Part shown: positions 26,569 to 35,877 of the stretch, one piece after another
Numbering within the stretch: position 1 is the stretch's first letter
Layout: each line of letters begins with the position of its first letter
Sequence record: PZ091942.1
DNA from: a phage
Direction: 5' to 3' (one strand)
DNA length: 64,000 nucleotides
The notes under the pieces: generated by a model
Told to the model about the DNA's origin: nothing
What the model saw: only the letters and a program-made list of their open reading frames with translations
The model's database searches: none
Program-made: the position numbers and the translations under genes

Positions 26569-28602
26569 ATTTGTGGTATCGTATTAGCTGGGGGCAACAT
26601 GACCTCCACAGACTTAGACGTATTCAACCAGCTTCTGTATGCCGGAGTCTTCCGTGGTCAGCACTCAACTGGTGTGTTCGGTCAGCGTAAAAGTGATGCA
26701 AGAGTGTTTTCTTATAAAGAAGCACTTCCTTCTTATGCTTTCATGCTTCAGACAGAGTACACGAATATTACTAAGGGGCTTACGAACTATGTAGTTCCTC
26801 CAGCGTGGATTGTTGGTCATAGCCGACATGCCACTCGTGGCGCTGTCAATGCTCGAAATGCTCACCCGTTCTCTCATGGTGACATTACTCTGGTTCACAA
26901 TGGTACATTGATGGACCAAGAGCTGTTACCTGACCATAAGAACTTCGAAGTTGATAGCGAAAACATCTGTCATTCAATCAACACCATTGGTGCAGCAGAG
27001 ACTATCCAGAAGTTGGATGGTGCGTTCACTTTAATCTGGCATGATGCCAAAGACAATACTCTGCATATCATTCGTAACGATGAACGTCCTTTCCATCTGG
27101 CCCGTTGTGGTCTGGATTGGTTTGGTGCTTCTGAAGAAGATATGTTGATGTGGATTCTTAATCGTTCCAAGTCACACAAGAACCGTATCAATGATCACTT
27201 TGAATGTAAAGTGGGAACTGAATACATCTTTGATTTGTCTGGCAACCGTATGACTCTGACTCAAGAGGTGGAGCACAAGCTTCCGGTTTTTACGGTAACG
27301 AGTCGCTGGGGCGGCTATTACTCGAACTCCTCTCTATATCAGAACCAACAGACAAACAAATCAAGCAGCAGCACAAGCGACATTTACGGAAACAAAGACG
27401 ACAAGCCCGGCGTGACAAGCGGGGACATTCGCCGTCGTAAAGCGATTGAAGATCAGAATAAACTGGCTGCCGATCGTGGTCTTCCATATCGTCGTGATGG
27501 TCGTGTGGATATCATCCCTCACGAGTTCCATGCTTACAACAACACTGACCGTGGTAAGATGGTTGGTTATATTTATGATGATGCTGCTCAAGAATATGTT
27601 GAGGGTGATGTTCATAATGTAGCCAAGAGTGAGTACTTGAAGGCTCTCGAAAACCCAAAGGTAGTGTATCGCGGGACAGTTGCTTGTATCTCCGAAGTGG
27701 ACAGTATGATTCGCCTCGTACTCACTTCAGGGCTGTTTGTTGATGCTACCGATAAGGAGCCTCAAAGCACTACCGCTGATTTTGATGATGATATCCCTTT
27801 TGATTTAGAAGACTCCTTCATCACTAAGAATGGTGTGGAAGTCACTCGTAAGTTCTGGGAATCTCATTCTCATGGTGATTGTGGCGGTTGTGACAAGCAC
27901 ATTGAATGGAAAGATGCTAAGAAAGCTGTGTTCGCTTACCAAGCATATTGGCATCCGGCCTGTTTCGAAGCATTGTCCAAACCATCGGAAGAAGATGAAG
28001 ACATCCCTTTAGGTGTCTGTGCTGTGTGTGGCAATGTTAAAACTGATTTCGAGTTTGATAACGAAATGAGTAAACTTCGTGGTGAAGATATTTGTTATGT
28101 CTGTGCCAAAGAAATCAAAGACAAAGTGACTAACACTACATTGTCTGAAGGTTACATTTGGACTAAAGCAGTTGACACAACTAACCCACGCCGCCCTGAA
28201 GTAGCAGTTCGTGTTGATCAGCGTATGCTTAGCCGGATGATCGTAATGGTTAGCTCAGCTAAGCGTTCTGGAGACATTGAACTGTCTGATGTTCCTAATT
28301 CTTATTTGGAGAAACGTGGTGGTGATACTTATGCCATCTCTGTTTATGGTCCAAAGAATGCCCCAAAGGAGGTGCCCGCTGAGAAAGCGGAAACATTTCC
28401 AGAAAAACAAACAACTCTCCGAAAAACAGTTGTCAGTTACGATGGACAGCGAACAGCTGAGTTCACAAAAGCCCTCTGGACTTCAATTGGGTTTTGTGCA
28501 GTCTGTTATAAACAAATTCCGTGGCGTGATGCAGAAGTTTGCTCACTAAACAAAGAAAACAGGGTGATCTGTAATTCAGATTACTGTAAAGGTAAACATT
28601 AA
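26569..28602 (+). CDS. class-II glutamine amidotransferase domain protein with Cys-rich C-terminal region
   Basis: Track ORF 26599..28602; GHSRHATRG...NAHPF...HNG motifs; in-frame upstream codons ATT-TGT-GGT-ATC-GTA encode the canonical CGIV N-terminus, so start placed at ATT 26569 (AGGTGG SD 8 nt upstream); C-terminal half has several CxxC pairs. Confidence 0.7.
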   Translation: MCGIVLAGGNMTSTDLDVFNQLLYAGVFRGQHSTGVFGQRKSDARVFSYKEALPSYAFMLQTEYTNITKGLTNYVVPPAWIVGHSRHATRGAVNARNAHPFSHGDITLVHNGTLMDQELLPDHKNFEVDSENICHSINTIGAAETIQKLDGAFTLIWHDAKDNTLHIIRNDERPFHLARCGLDWFGASEEDMLMWILNRSKSHKNRINDHFECKVGTEYIFDLSGNRMTLTQEVEHKLPVFTVTSRWGGYYSNSSLYQNQQTNKSSSSTSDIYGNKDDKPGVTSGDIRRRKAIEDQNKLAADRGLPYRRDGRVDIIPHEFHAYNNTDRGKMVGYIYDDAAQEYVEGDVHNVAKSEYLKALENPKVVYRGTVACISEVDSMIRLVLTSGLFVDATDKEPQSTTADFDDDIPFDLEDSFITKNGVEVTRKFWESHSHGDCGGCDKHIEWKDAKKAVFAYQAYWHPACFEALSKPSEEDEDIPLGVCAVCGNVKTDFEFDNEMSKLRGEDICYVCAKEIKDKVTNTTLSEGYIWTKAVDTTNPRRPEVAVRVDQRMLSRMIVMVSSAKRSGDIELSDVPNSYLEKRGGDTYAISVYGPKNAPKEVPAEKAETFPEKQTTLRKTVVSYDGQRTAEFTKALWTSIGFCAVCYKQIPWRDAEVCSLNKENRVICNSDYCKGKH

Positions 28603-28613
28603 GAGGTGAAGTT

Positions 28614-28847
28614 ATGGAAGTTCGTAAATTGATGTTGGATAACGTTGTAACCACTCGACGTATCCCAATGACAAGCACAGGATGTGACAACCTTCGAGCT
28701 ATTCAGAAATGGATGCAAGAGGGTATTGGGGGACTGGTTAACTCTCCAGTTGAAATTCCTTTCCCAACCGTTATCAACAACGTGTTGGCTGACTATGTGA
28801 AATTGAAGGGGATTAAAGTTGAGCCTCATGTCAAGCAAGGGAGCTAA
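28614..28847 (+). CDS. hypothetical protein
   Basis: ORF track; GAGGTGA SD. Confidence 0.55.
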   Translation: MEVRKLMLDNVVTTRRIPMTSTGCDNLRAIQKWMQEGIGGLVNSPVEIPFPTVINNVLADYVKLKGIKVEPHVKQGS

Positions 28848-29049
28848 GCCTCACCTGACAATGCTGGAGTATCAACAACTCCGACTTCAACAACTGGTAA
28901 CGGAGCAGCGAAAGCTGTATCCGTTTGCTTTTAACCTAATTGATTCACCAAGCGATGACCAAGAAGACGAGATGTTCGCCAAGTATTGGGAAATCGAAGT
29001 TAAAATTCAATCCTGTCGTAACGAAATTCTTAAACTAAAAGGTATCTAA
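28819..29049 (+). CDS. hypothetical protein (start uncertain)
   Basis: ORF track; overlaps upstream gene; no clear SD. Confidence 0.4.
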   Translation: MSLMSSKGAKPHLTMLEYQQLRLQQLVTEQRKLYPFAFNLIDSPSDDQEDEMFAKYWEIEVKIQSCRNEILKLKGI

Positions 29050-29051
29050 AA

Positions 29052-30299
29052 ATGACTACTCGTATCCGTGTTCTTCCGTATGGCCCTTCTGATTCTGTTA
29101 ACGCTCTGGTAACTGCCATTAATGATACTATCCGTGATGAACGTATCAACGCTAACGTAATGGGTCTTCTTTCAGAGAACAGCCGCTGGCGTTCTCGTGA
29201 AGGTGATGTGGTTGTGAACTACGGGAACCGTCGCTATCCTGAATCATTCTTTGGTTCTGCAACTGTTCTGAACAGCACAGCATCTCTGCATATGGCAGCG
29301 AACAAGCGTCGTGCTTTTAGCGTGATGGACCAAGCAGGTGTTAAAACAGTTGAATATACAGATGTTCAATCAACTGCTCAAGAGTGGTCAAACTCTGGCA
29401 ATATTGTGTATGAGCGTCATGAACTGACTGGTCACTCTGGTTCAGGCATTGTTGTTGTAGAGCCTCGTGATTCGGTTGGTCAAGCTGAACTGTACACCAA
29501 AGGTATCCTAGGCCCACGTCGTGAATGGCGTGTCCATGTGTTCAAAGGTGCTATCACCTATGTTCAGAAAAAGATTCGTCGTAACGGTTATCGTGAAGAC
29601 CCTAACTATCGTGAAGATGTTCGTAACCATCACACTGGTTGGGTTTACTCAAGTTCCTTCACAGACGTTCCGAACGACACCTCTCTGATCAACGCAGTGA
29701 AAGCTGTTGAATCAATGGGTCTGGATTTCGGTGCAGTTGATATCATCACCAAAGGTCAAGAAGCATGGGTACTGGAAGTTAATACAGCACCGGGCCTAAC
29801 TGGCACAACTCTGGATATCTACCGTCATAATATCCTTGAGTTTGTTAAAGCTCAAAACCCTCTTTATACTCCTCAGTATAAAGTAGTTTACCAGACTCCT
29901 GTTGAAGCTCCAATCGAAGACGGAGACGGTGAGTTGGTTGCTGACAGTGAAAGTGCTGACGATGAAAACTTTGCACTGGAAGGCCAAGTAGCACAACCGG
30001 TTGATTCAGTTGATGTGGTTCCTGAAGAAATGCAACTGGAAGGTCAGATGAATACTCAAACTATTCGTAATGCACCTACTGGTTATGTGTTGTCTCGTGG
30101 TTATTGGATTGCCAACATCCGTCATGTTCATAACAACCTGCAACCAAATGCAATGGCTGCCAATGTCATTCTGTTCTGTGATGGTCGTAACTTCTACCGC
30201 TCTGGTTGGAACGTTCCGGTCAATCCAGTCCAGATTCATAACCCTCGCAAGTTAGAATCTGTCAATGTTGAAGGTAGTGAAGTAGCAGTAACTCTGTAA
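29052..30299 (+). CDS. ATP-grasp family ligase
   Basis: ORF track; motifs HSGSGIVVVEP, DFGAVDII, EVNTAPGLTG matching ATP-grasp (RimK/GshB-like) fold. Confidence 0.7.
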   Translation: MTTRIRVLPYGPSDSVNALVTAINDTIRDERINANVMGLLSENSRWRSREGDVVVNYGNRRYPESFFGSATVLNSTASLHMAANKRRAFSVMDQAGVKTVEYTDVQSTAQEWSNSGNIVYERHELTGHSGSGIVVVEPRDSVGQAELYTKGILGPRREWRVHVFKGAITYVQKKIRRNGYREDPNYREDVRNHHTGWVYSSSFTDVPNDTSLINAVKAVESMGLDFGAVDIITKGQEAWVLEVNTAPGLTGTTLDIYRHNILEFVKAQNPLYTPQYKVVYQTPVEAPIEDGDGELVADSESADDENFALEGQVAQPVDSVDVVPEEMQLEGQMNTQTIRNAPTGYVLSRGYWIANIRHVHNNLQPNAMAANVILFCDGRNFYRSGWNVPVNPVQIHNPRKLESVNVEGSEVAVTL

Positions 30300-30325
30300 T
30301 TAAATTAAACAAAAAGGAATTTGTA

Positions 30326-30568
30326 ATGTTGTCTATCGAAGATTTGATCAGCCGTGGAATGACCGAAGAAAAAGAGCCTCTGATTGTAGGCTCTCGTAAA
30401 GCTATTAACCAACTCTGTGAAGAGTTTGGCATCACAAACAAGAGAATGATTGGTAATCAGTTCTCTGCAATCATCACCTTCCTCAAACGAGGTGATAAAT
30501 ATTCAATGGAATGTGTTGAGCGTATCATCGCAATTGCACAAGAAGATAAGGGAGTAACAACTCTGTGA
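30326..30568 (+). CDS. hypothetical protein
   Basis: ORF track; AAAGGAA SD. Confidence 0.55.
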   Translation: MLSIEDLISRGMTEEKEPLIVGSRKAINQLCEEFGITNKRMIGNQFSAIITFLKRGDKYSMECVERIIAIAQEDKGVTTL

Positions 30569-30750
30569 ATAAATATACAATCATGTTTCGTACAGTATCA
30601 GCAGAAGGGAATATTCAATCTCTGGACATTCAAGCAGACCGCTTTGAATCACTTGGAACAAATGTTAATTTCTTCCGAGGTGCAGAGCTAGTAGGTATGT
30701 TCCAATCTGATGTATTGACTGGTGTGATCAAACACTTCGAAGTAGAATAA
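30565..30750 (+). CDS. hypothetical protein
   Basis: ORF track (GTG start overlapping upstream stop). Confidence 0.45.
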   Translation: MNKYTIMFRTVSAEGNIQSLDIQADRFESLGTNVNFFRGAELVGMFQSDVLTGVIKHFEVE

Positions 30751-30807
30751 TTTGCTTTAGCCTCTTCGAAAGAGGGGGCTAGTTCGAATTTAACTGGAGG
30801 TTGTAAA

Positions 30808-31224
30808 ATGGTTGATAATAAACTGGATATGTTTAAAAGTCGTATCTTAGATGTAGAGTATTCCAAAAACCTCTTTGAGAAACATAAGAAAGAGGCAAAG
30901 GAAGAATTAGAAAGTCTTCTGAAAGATGAAGAGATTCCACTCTTTAATCGCTGGTGCCTGTTTATGGAGCACAGCTCCCTTTTCCCTGTGGCTTCTAGCT
31001 CTATCAGCAGAGCTGTTAACTATGCAGTAGACCGTTATTATGACTTGGAGAGATATCGAACCTACACCCTCTCTGATATTTTTGAAGAGTATTGGTTCAA
31101 GGAAAAAGAATTGTCGAACAGTGATCTTGTGGAAGCTGTTAAGGAGAGTTTTGAACTAATCTCTGAAAAAGATGTTCGATCAATCATCTTCTCCGGATAT
31201 TCTGGTTTCCTATACGATTGGTAG
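30808..31224 (+). CDS. hypothetical protein
   Basis: ORF track; GGAGG SD. Confidence 0.6.
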   Translation: MVDNKLDMFKSRILDVEYSKNLFEKHKKEAKEELESLLKDEEIPLFNRWCLFMEHSSLFPVASSSISRAVNYAVDRYYDLERYRTYTLSDIFEEYWFKEKELSNSDLVEAVKESFELISEKDVRSIIFSGYSGFLYDW

Positions 31225-31230
31225 ACAGTC

Positions 31231-31428
31231 ATGAAAAAGATTTTACTCCTCCTCTCCTTATTCAGCGTATCAGCAATCGCCGCTGATGAATGCATCTCTA
31301 AAGATTCAGGGAGAGGTCAAATCGTAACTCAATGTGGCAGCCATGTAACGGTTGTCGATTCTATAACTCAAACAATTCTCGTGTGTAACGGGACTTCTTG
31401 TACAAAAGAAATTCTAAACAAAAGGTAA
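31231..31428 (+). CDS. small secreted Cys-containing protein
   Basis: ORF track; signal-peptide-like N-terminus. Confidence 0.5.
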   Translation: MKKILLLLSLFSVSAIAADECISKDSGRGQIVTQCGSHVTVVDSITQTILVCNGTSCTKEILNKR

Positions 31429-31432
31429 TGTA

Positions 31433-31864
31433 ATGTCTGATAAAGTATTAGTTGCAACGTATGGTTCTCTTCGTAAAGGTCAACACAACCACGCTATCAA
31501 TGCTCGTGCCGGTGGTGTGTCTATTGGTGAAGGGTGGACAGTAAACAACTGTAACCTGTATCAGTATTGCACAGCATACTTCCCAAGTGTATCTCTGGTG
31601 CATGACAGCAATGGCAAGCCTGTTCGTGTAGAAGTCTTTGAAACAACCCAAGCTGGTCTGGAAGGTCCGTATGACGGTCTGGAAGGTTATCGTGGTAAAG
31701 ACAATCCGTACACCTTCTATAATCGTACACTGATTCCAGTAGTGCTGGATAATGGTGAAACTGTGGAAGCATGGATTTATCATATCGACGAAGAACAAGA
31801 TGTTCTGGTTGAATCTGGTGACTGGACAGCGTATCTGGCAGGTGAACAGGATGACAGTAACTGA
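31433..31864 (+). CDS. gamma-glutamyl cyclotransferase (AIG2/GGCT-like)
   Basis: ORF track; N-terminal VATYGSLRKG motif and downstream Glu (EAWIYH). Confidence 0.7.
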   Translation: MSDKVLVATYGSLRKGQHNHAINARAGGVSIGEGWTVNNCNLYQYCTAYFPSVSLVHDSNGKPVRVEVFETTQAGLEGPYDGLEGYRGKDNPYTFYNRTLIPVVLDNGETVEAWIYHIDEEQDVLVESGDWTAYLAGEQDDSN

Positions 31865-32057
31865 GCGACAGAAGCTGAGAAAGCTTGAGTCTGATTACTT
31901 AAAGTTACGGTGGAAGATTAACCGTTATGATAAGTTTGTCAGTATGCTTGACCGCAATAAACATTCTGAAGATTTTATCATGAGAACCCAATCAGCTTTA
32001 CAGGGTTTTAAAAGTCTTCAAGATGATGTGTGGGAAGAAATACGTTCGTTTTATTGA
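31851..32057 (+). CDS. hypothetical protein
   Basis: Internal ATG of track ORF 31752..32057; overlaps GGCT 3' end. Confidence 0.45.
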   Translation: MTVTERQKLRKLESDYLKLRWKINRYDKFVSMLDRNKHSEDFIMRTQSALQGFKSLQDDVWEEIRSFY

Positions 32058-32093
32058 AGAAGTCTGCTCAAGGAATTCCAAGGAGGATAGAGC

Positions 32094-33884
32094 ATGTCAA
32101 AGATCATCCTAGGAGATACAGGTTGTAAAGAATGTATCTCTCATGGTCGTGATAAGACCCACAATCACATGATTCTCTTCCGAAATGAAGAGTCCGGTGA
32201 AGAGTGGGGCAGTTGTAATCGTTGTGGTAGTTATGAAGTTTTCGAAAAGGGAACAACTCCTACACCGAATGAGAAGAAAGAACTATCCCCTGAAGAACTC
32301 CGAGAGATCTTAGACGATTGCTTAGAGCTACCTCAGGGTGAGCTTACTCGTCGTTTGATTCCTAAAGCTGTCTCTGAACGGTATGAATGTCGTATTGGTT
32401 TAAGTCAGACAGATGGGCAAACTCCTGACAGTTATTTCTTCCCTCGTGAACGTGATGGAAACATTGTTGGTTATGAAGTTAAGCTTCTGGACAGCAAGAA
32501 GTTCTATTACATTGGCAGTGTTAAAGAAGCCGACTTGTTCGGCATGGCTCAAGCACAGCGTGGTGATGTATACAACAAGAAGCTCTTCATCTTTGAAGAC
32601 CCACTTTCTTGTATGTCTGGTTTCCATGTGCTCACTGCGTTCACGAACGCTACAAACATCAAACCTGCTTGTGTATCTCTACCGTTCGGTGCAGGTTCAA
32701 TCTCTTCCGTTCTATCACGTAACCGTGACTTCTTGAACGGTTTTGAGGAGATTGTACTCTGCATGGACAATGATGATGCGGGTGAGATTGCATTAACTAA
32801 AGGTCGTGCATTATATCCACATGTTAAGTTTGCTCGTATTCCGAAAGGAACCTTCACTTATAATGGTCAAGAGAAGGAGATCAAAGATGCGAACGACATG
32901 TTACTCGCTGGTCGAGGTCAAGAGCTATTCAACAATCTGAAATACTCAGCGAAGCGGGAATCGCCTGCTGGTGCTGTTACTGTCTTTGATTGCTTAGAAG
33001 ATGCTCTGAAGAAAGCGGAATGGGGTATTCCTTATCCGTGGAAAACTCTGAATGAGATGACCTTCGGCATTCGTTGGGGAGAGATGGTTGCTATCGGTGG
33101 TGGTGTTGGTTCAGGTAAAACCTTAATCGCACACGAACTGGTAGCATGGCTTTGCCTTGAACATGGTTTTAATGGTGGTGGCTTCTTCTTGGAAGAGAAG
33201 GTAGGCATGTCTGTTAAGAACATTGCAGGTAAGTCAGCATCTGTACCTTTCCACCGACCTGATGTTGAGTATGAGGAAGCTCAGTTACGTGACGAAGCAC
33301 TTCGTTACGCTGATAAGTTCTTCTTGTATGACAACTTCGGACAGAACGAGTGGGATGATATTAAGCAGTGTATTCGCTTCTGGGTAGTCGAGAATCAGTG
33401 TAAGTTTATCATTCTTGATAACATTACTGCGCTAGTCTCTCACCTAACTCCGTCTGAGGTGAATACAGAAATCAGTAAGATTGCTTCAGAGCTTGCTGGT
33501 ATGTGTAAGGAATTAGACTTCACTGCTTTTGTATTATCTCACTTGAATGCTCCGGCAGGTGGTGCTCCTCACGAAGAAGGTGGACAGGTGAAAGAAGTTC
33601 AGTTCACTGGTTCACGTTCACTAATGCGTTGGTGTCAGTGCATCATCGGTTTTGAGCGAGATAAGCAAGCTGATGGGTTAGGCAAGAACTTGTCAATCAT
33701 ACGACTCCTCAAAGAGCGTAACTATGGTCAGACAGGTGTTTGCTACACCAAGTACATCAATGAAACAGGTCGACTTGTAGAACGAGAAGATCATGAAGTT
33801 GATGAAGCTAATCCGTTTGTCTTGACCAATGGTGAGGATGCAGCTTCTCTGCTCACACAAGACGGGGAGGCACGACCTTGGTAA
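32094..33884 (+). CDS. T7 gp4-like primase-helicase
   Basis: ORF track; GGAGG SD; N-terminal Zn-ribbon (CKEC...CNRC), [14 protein letters not shown], Walker [10 protein letters not shown], Walker B FIILDN. Confidence 0.9.
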   Translation: MSKIILGDTGCKECISHGRDKTHNHMILFRNEESGEEWGSCNRCGSYEVFEKGTTPTPNEKKELSPEELREILDDCLELPQGELTRRLIPKAVSERYECRIGLSQTDGQTPDSYFFPRERDGNIVGYEVKLLDSKKFYYIGSVKEADLFGMAQAQRGDVYNKKLFIFEDPLSCMSGFHVLTAFTNATNIKPACVSLPFGAGSISSVLSRNRDFLNGFEEIVLCMDNDDAGEIALTKGRALYPHVKFARIPKGTFTYNGQEKEIKDANDMLLAGRGQELFNNLKYSAKRESPAGAVTVFDCLEDALKKAEWGIPYPWKTLNEMTFGIRWGEMVAIGGGVGSGKTLIAHELVAWLCLEHGFNGGGFFLEEKVGMSVKNIAGKSASVPFHRPDVEYEEAQLRDEALRYADKFFLYDNFGQNEWDDIKQCIRFWVVENQCKFIILDNITALVSHLTPSEVNTEISKIASELAGMCKELDFTAFVLSHLNAPAGGAPHEEGGQVKEVQFTGSRSLMRWCQCIIGFERDKQADGLGKNLSIIRLLKERNYGQTGVCYTKYINETGRLVEREDHEVDEANPFVLTNGEDAASLLTQDGEARPW

Positions 33885-34426
33885 AGAAAATATTCGCCTT
33901 CGATATCGAGGGTGATAATCTTTATGAGGGCATCCAAAATGTCTGGTGTATCTGGATATTTGATGCTCTTACAGGTGAACGGTGGGGGTATCGCCCTCAC
34001 CAAATTGAAGAAGCTCTTCACAAACTGAAAGAAGCTGATGTAGTTGTAGGTCATAACATTATCGACTTCGACCTTCCAGCTCTCTTTAAATTCTACTCTC
34101 ATGTAATACCTTTCCACTTCAATGTCTTCGATACACTTTGCCTGAGTCGTTATCTCAAGCCTGACCGTATTGGAGACAATCCAGAATACCCCAAAGGCGA
34201 CCCTAGACATGGCCCTCGTGGTCATGGCCTCAAGCAATGGGGCGAATTCCTGGGTGAGCTGAAGGGTGATTATGGTGAGCAGGAAGAAGCATGGGATGCA
34301 TTCACTGAAGACATGTTCACATATTGTGAGCAAGACGTTAACTTAACAGTTAAGGTTTACATGTGTCTTTGCCAAATGGCAGGATTTGATTATAAGAATC
34401 CCCCATCTCTCAACTGGAAAATGTAG
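33878..34426 (+). CDS. DNA polymerase I-family 3'-5' exonuclease domain protein
   Basis: TTG start with GGGGAGG SD; Exo I FDIE, Exo [14 protein letters not shown]; strong by-eye match to T7 DNA polymerase N-terminus. Confidence 0.8.
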   Translation: MVKKIFAFDIEGDNLYEGIQNVWCIWIFDALTGERWGYRPHQIEEALHKLKEADVVVGHNIIDFDLPALFKFYSHVIPFHFNVFDTLCLSRYLKPDRIGDNPEYPKGDPRHGPRGHGLKQWGEFLGELKGDYGEQEEAWDAFTEDMFTYCEQDVNLTVKVYMCLCQMAGFDYKNPPSLNWKM

Positions 34427-34428
34427 AA

Positions 34429-35877
34429 ATGATTAAGATTCCATTGTCTGAATTGAACCTTCAAGAAGGAGAAGCCCTCAGTGTAGGGCTTGACCTAATT
34501 CGTAATTTGATCAGAGATAACGTAGTCCCTGATGGTATCTATCCTGTCATTGCAGGTGGTGCTATCCGTGATACGTTCTTCCAAAATCGAACTCCGAATG
34601 ATGTTGATATCTTCCTAGTTCAAGGAGGGCTTCGTTGGAACACTCGTCAGGAAAACAGCCCTGCTAACGTAGGTAATGCTGCACTTTTCCTTGACAACTT
34701 CTTATCTTGGACAGAAAGTAAGGGGCTTCAGGTTACATCTCGACTAATTCAGCCTGTTAACGGGACAACCTATGCTGAAGCGCTTTTCACTTTCCAAGAG
34801 ATTCTGGAAATTGAGATTGATCAAGTTAAAATCCAGATGATGATTAATCTACCTTTGGATATGGATACTTTAAGCCGTCGCTTCCCTATGATCTGTCAAG
34901 GGTTTATGACTCTTGGTAATCTGTATGTGTCAAACGAAGGTTTGTTTGCAATGTCATACACTCGTGACATTCCTGTGGTATCTAGTCGTGAAATGAAGTA
35001 CGTTCACAAGAAGTGGCCTGAAGCAACTGTTGCAGTTTATAGCAGTTCTACCGAATATATGCACCTTGCAATGGGAGCTTTCGGTGAGCCAGAAGTTCAC
35101 CTGATTAGTGATTTAGTTGGACCTATGGCTGGTGTAAATTTATATCAGAATCAGCGTCGTCATTATACCCTGAAGATGATGGAAACTATATTAAACATTC
35201 CTCAGGAAAGGGGTCGTAGTTATCTGGACGAGGAAGTTAACCTACAGACAGAATGGTCTAGTGGATTAACCACTATCGGTGCTGAAGCAATCACACAACC
35301 TTGGACTCCGGGAACCAACAGACGTGACTCTTGGCAACAGGAAGTCCCAAGATTCGCAGCCCCTTCTACAATGGACCCTCGTAATACTTTTAATGGCAGT
35401 TTTGGTAGTGCACGTTCTTCTGGGACGGACACCCACAACCGTACATGGCATGTTCAAGGGGGAACTGCTCGTCCTATTCCTTCTCCGTCAATGGGTGATT
35501 TACAGCGTTCTCGTCGTTCATGGGAAACAGTAAGCTCAGTTGTTCAGGGTCTACGTGCTGGTGATATAGAACGTGTAGAAGTTGGTGATTTGCCAACCCC
35601 TATGGAAGATCGAGTGTCAACTATAGCGGCTCGTGAAGCTGCTCGTGTTGGTTTTCCATCTTTAGCTAATGATGCTAACAATACTCCTCGACCTGTCGGT
35701 CGTCGTAACGGTCTGGCTCACTCTGACACTGCACTTGGTGCAGAACTTCGAGCTGCTGCTCGTGAACTATCTGGTGAGCTTCATAACAACTTAGCAGGTG
35801 TTACACTATCTCGTGAAACAGCTCGCAACATGATTAACAATTTGGCATCATCTGTACAAGGAAATAGAAACTCATGA
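34429..35877 (+). CDS. Pol-beta superfamily nucleotidyltransferase (CCA-adding/poly(A) polymerase-like head domain)
   Basis: ORF track; IAGGAIRD-x9-DVDIF matches GGxVRD...DxD head-domain motif; C-terminal half is R/S/G/T-rich low complexity. Confidence 0.55.
   Translation: MIKIPLSELNLQEGEALSVGLDLIRNLIRDNVVPDGIYPVIAGGAIRDTFFQNRTPNDVDIFLVQGGLRWNTRQENSPANVGNAALFLDNFLSWTESKGLQVTSRLIQPVNGTTYAEALFTFQEILEIEIDQVKIQMMINLPLDMDTLSRRFPMICQGFMTLGNLYVSNEGLFAMSYTRDIPVVSSREMKYVHKKWPEATVAVYSSSTEYMHLAMGAFGEPEVHLISDLVGPMAGVNLYQNQRRHYTLKMMETILNIPQERGRSYLDEEVNLQTEWSSGLTTIGAEAITQPWTPGTNRRDSWQQEVPRFAAPSTMDPRNTFNGSFGSARSSGTDTHNRTWHVQGGTARPIPSPSMGDLQRSRRSWETVSSVVQGLRAGDIERVEVGDLPTPMEDRVSTIAAREAARVGFPSLANDANNTPRPVGRRNGLAHSDTALGAELRAAARELSGELHNNLAGVTLSRETARNMINNLASSVQGNRNS

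Noticed and set aside
26569-28602. Gat-QueC-type 7-deazaguanine DNA modification enzyme
   Set aside because: The GAT-II domain is followed by Cys-rich ribbons rather than a QueC PP-loop (SGGxDS), and no DpdA/TGT-like, FolE, QueD or QueE homologue was seen.
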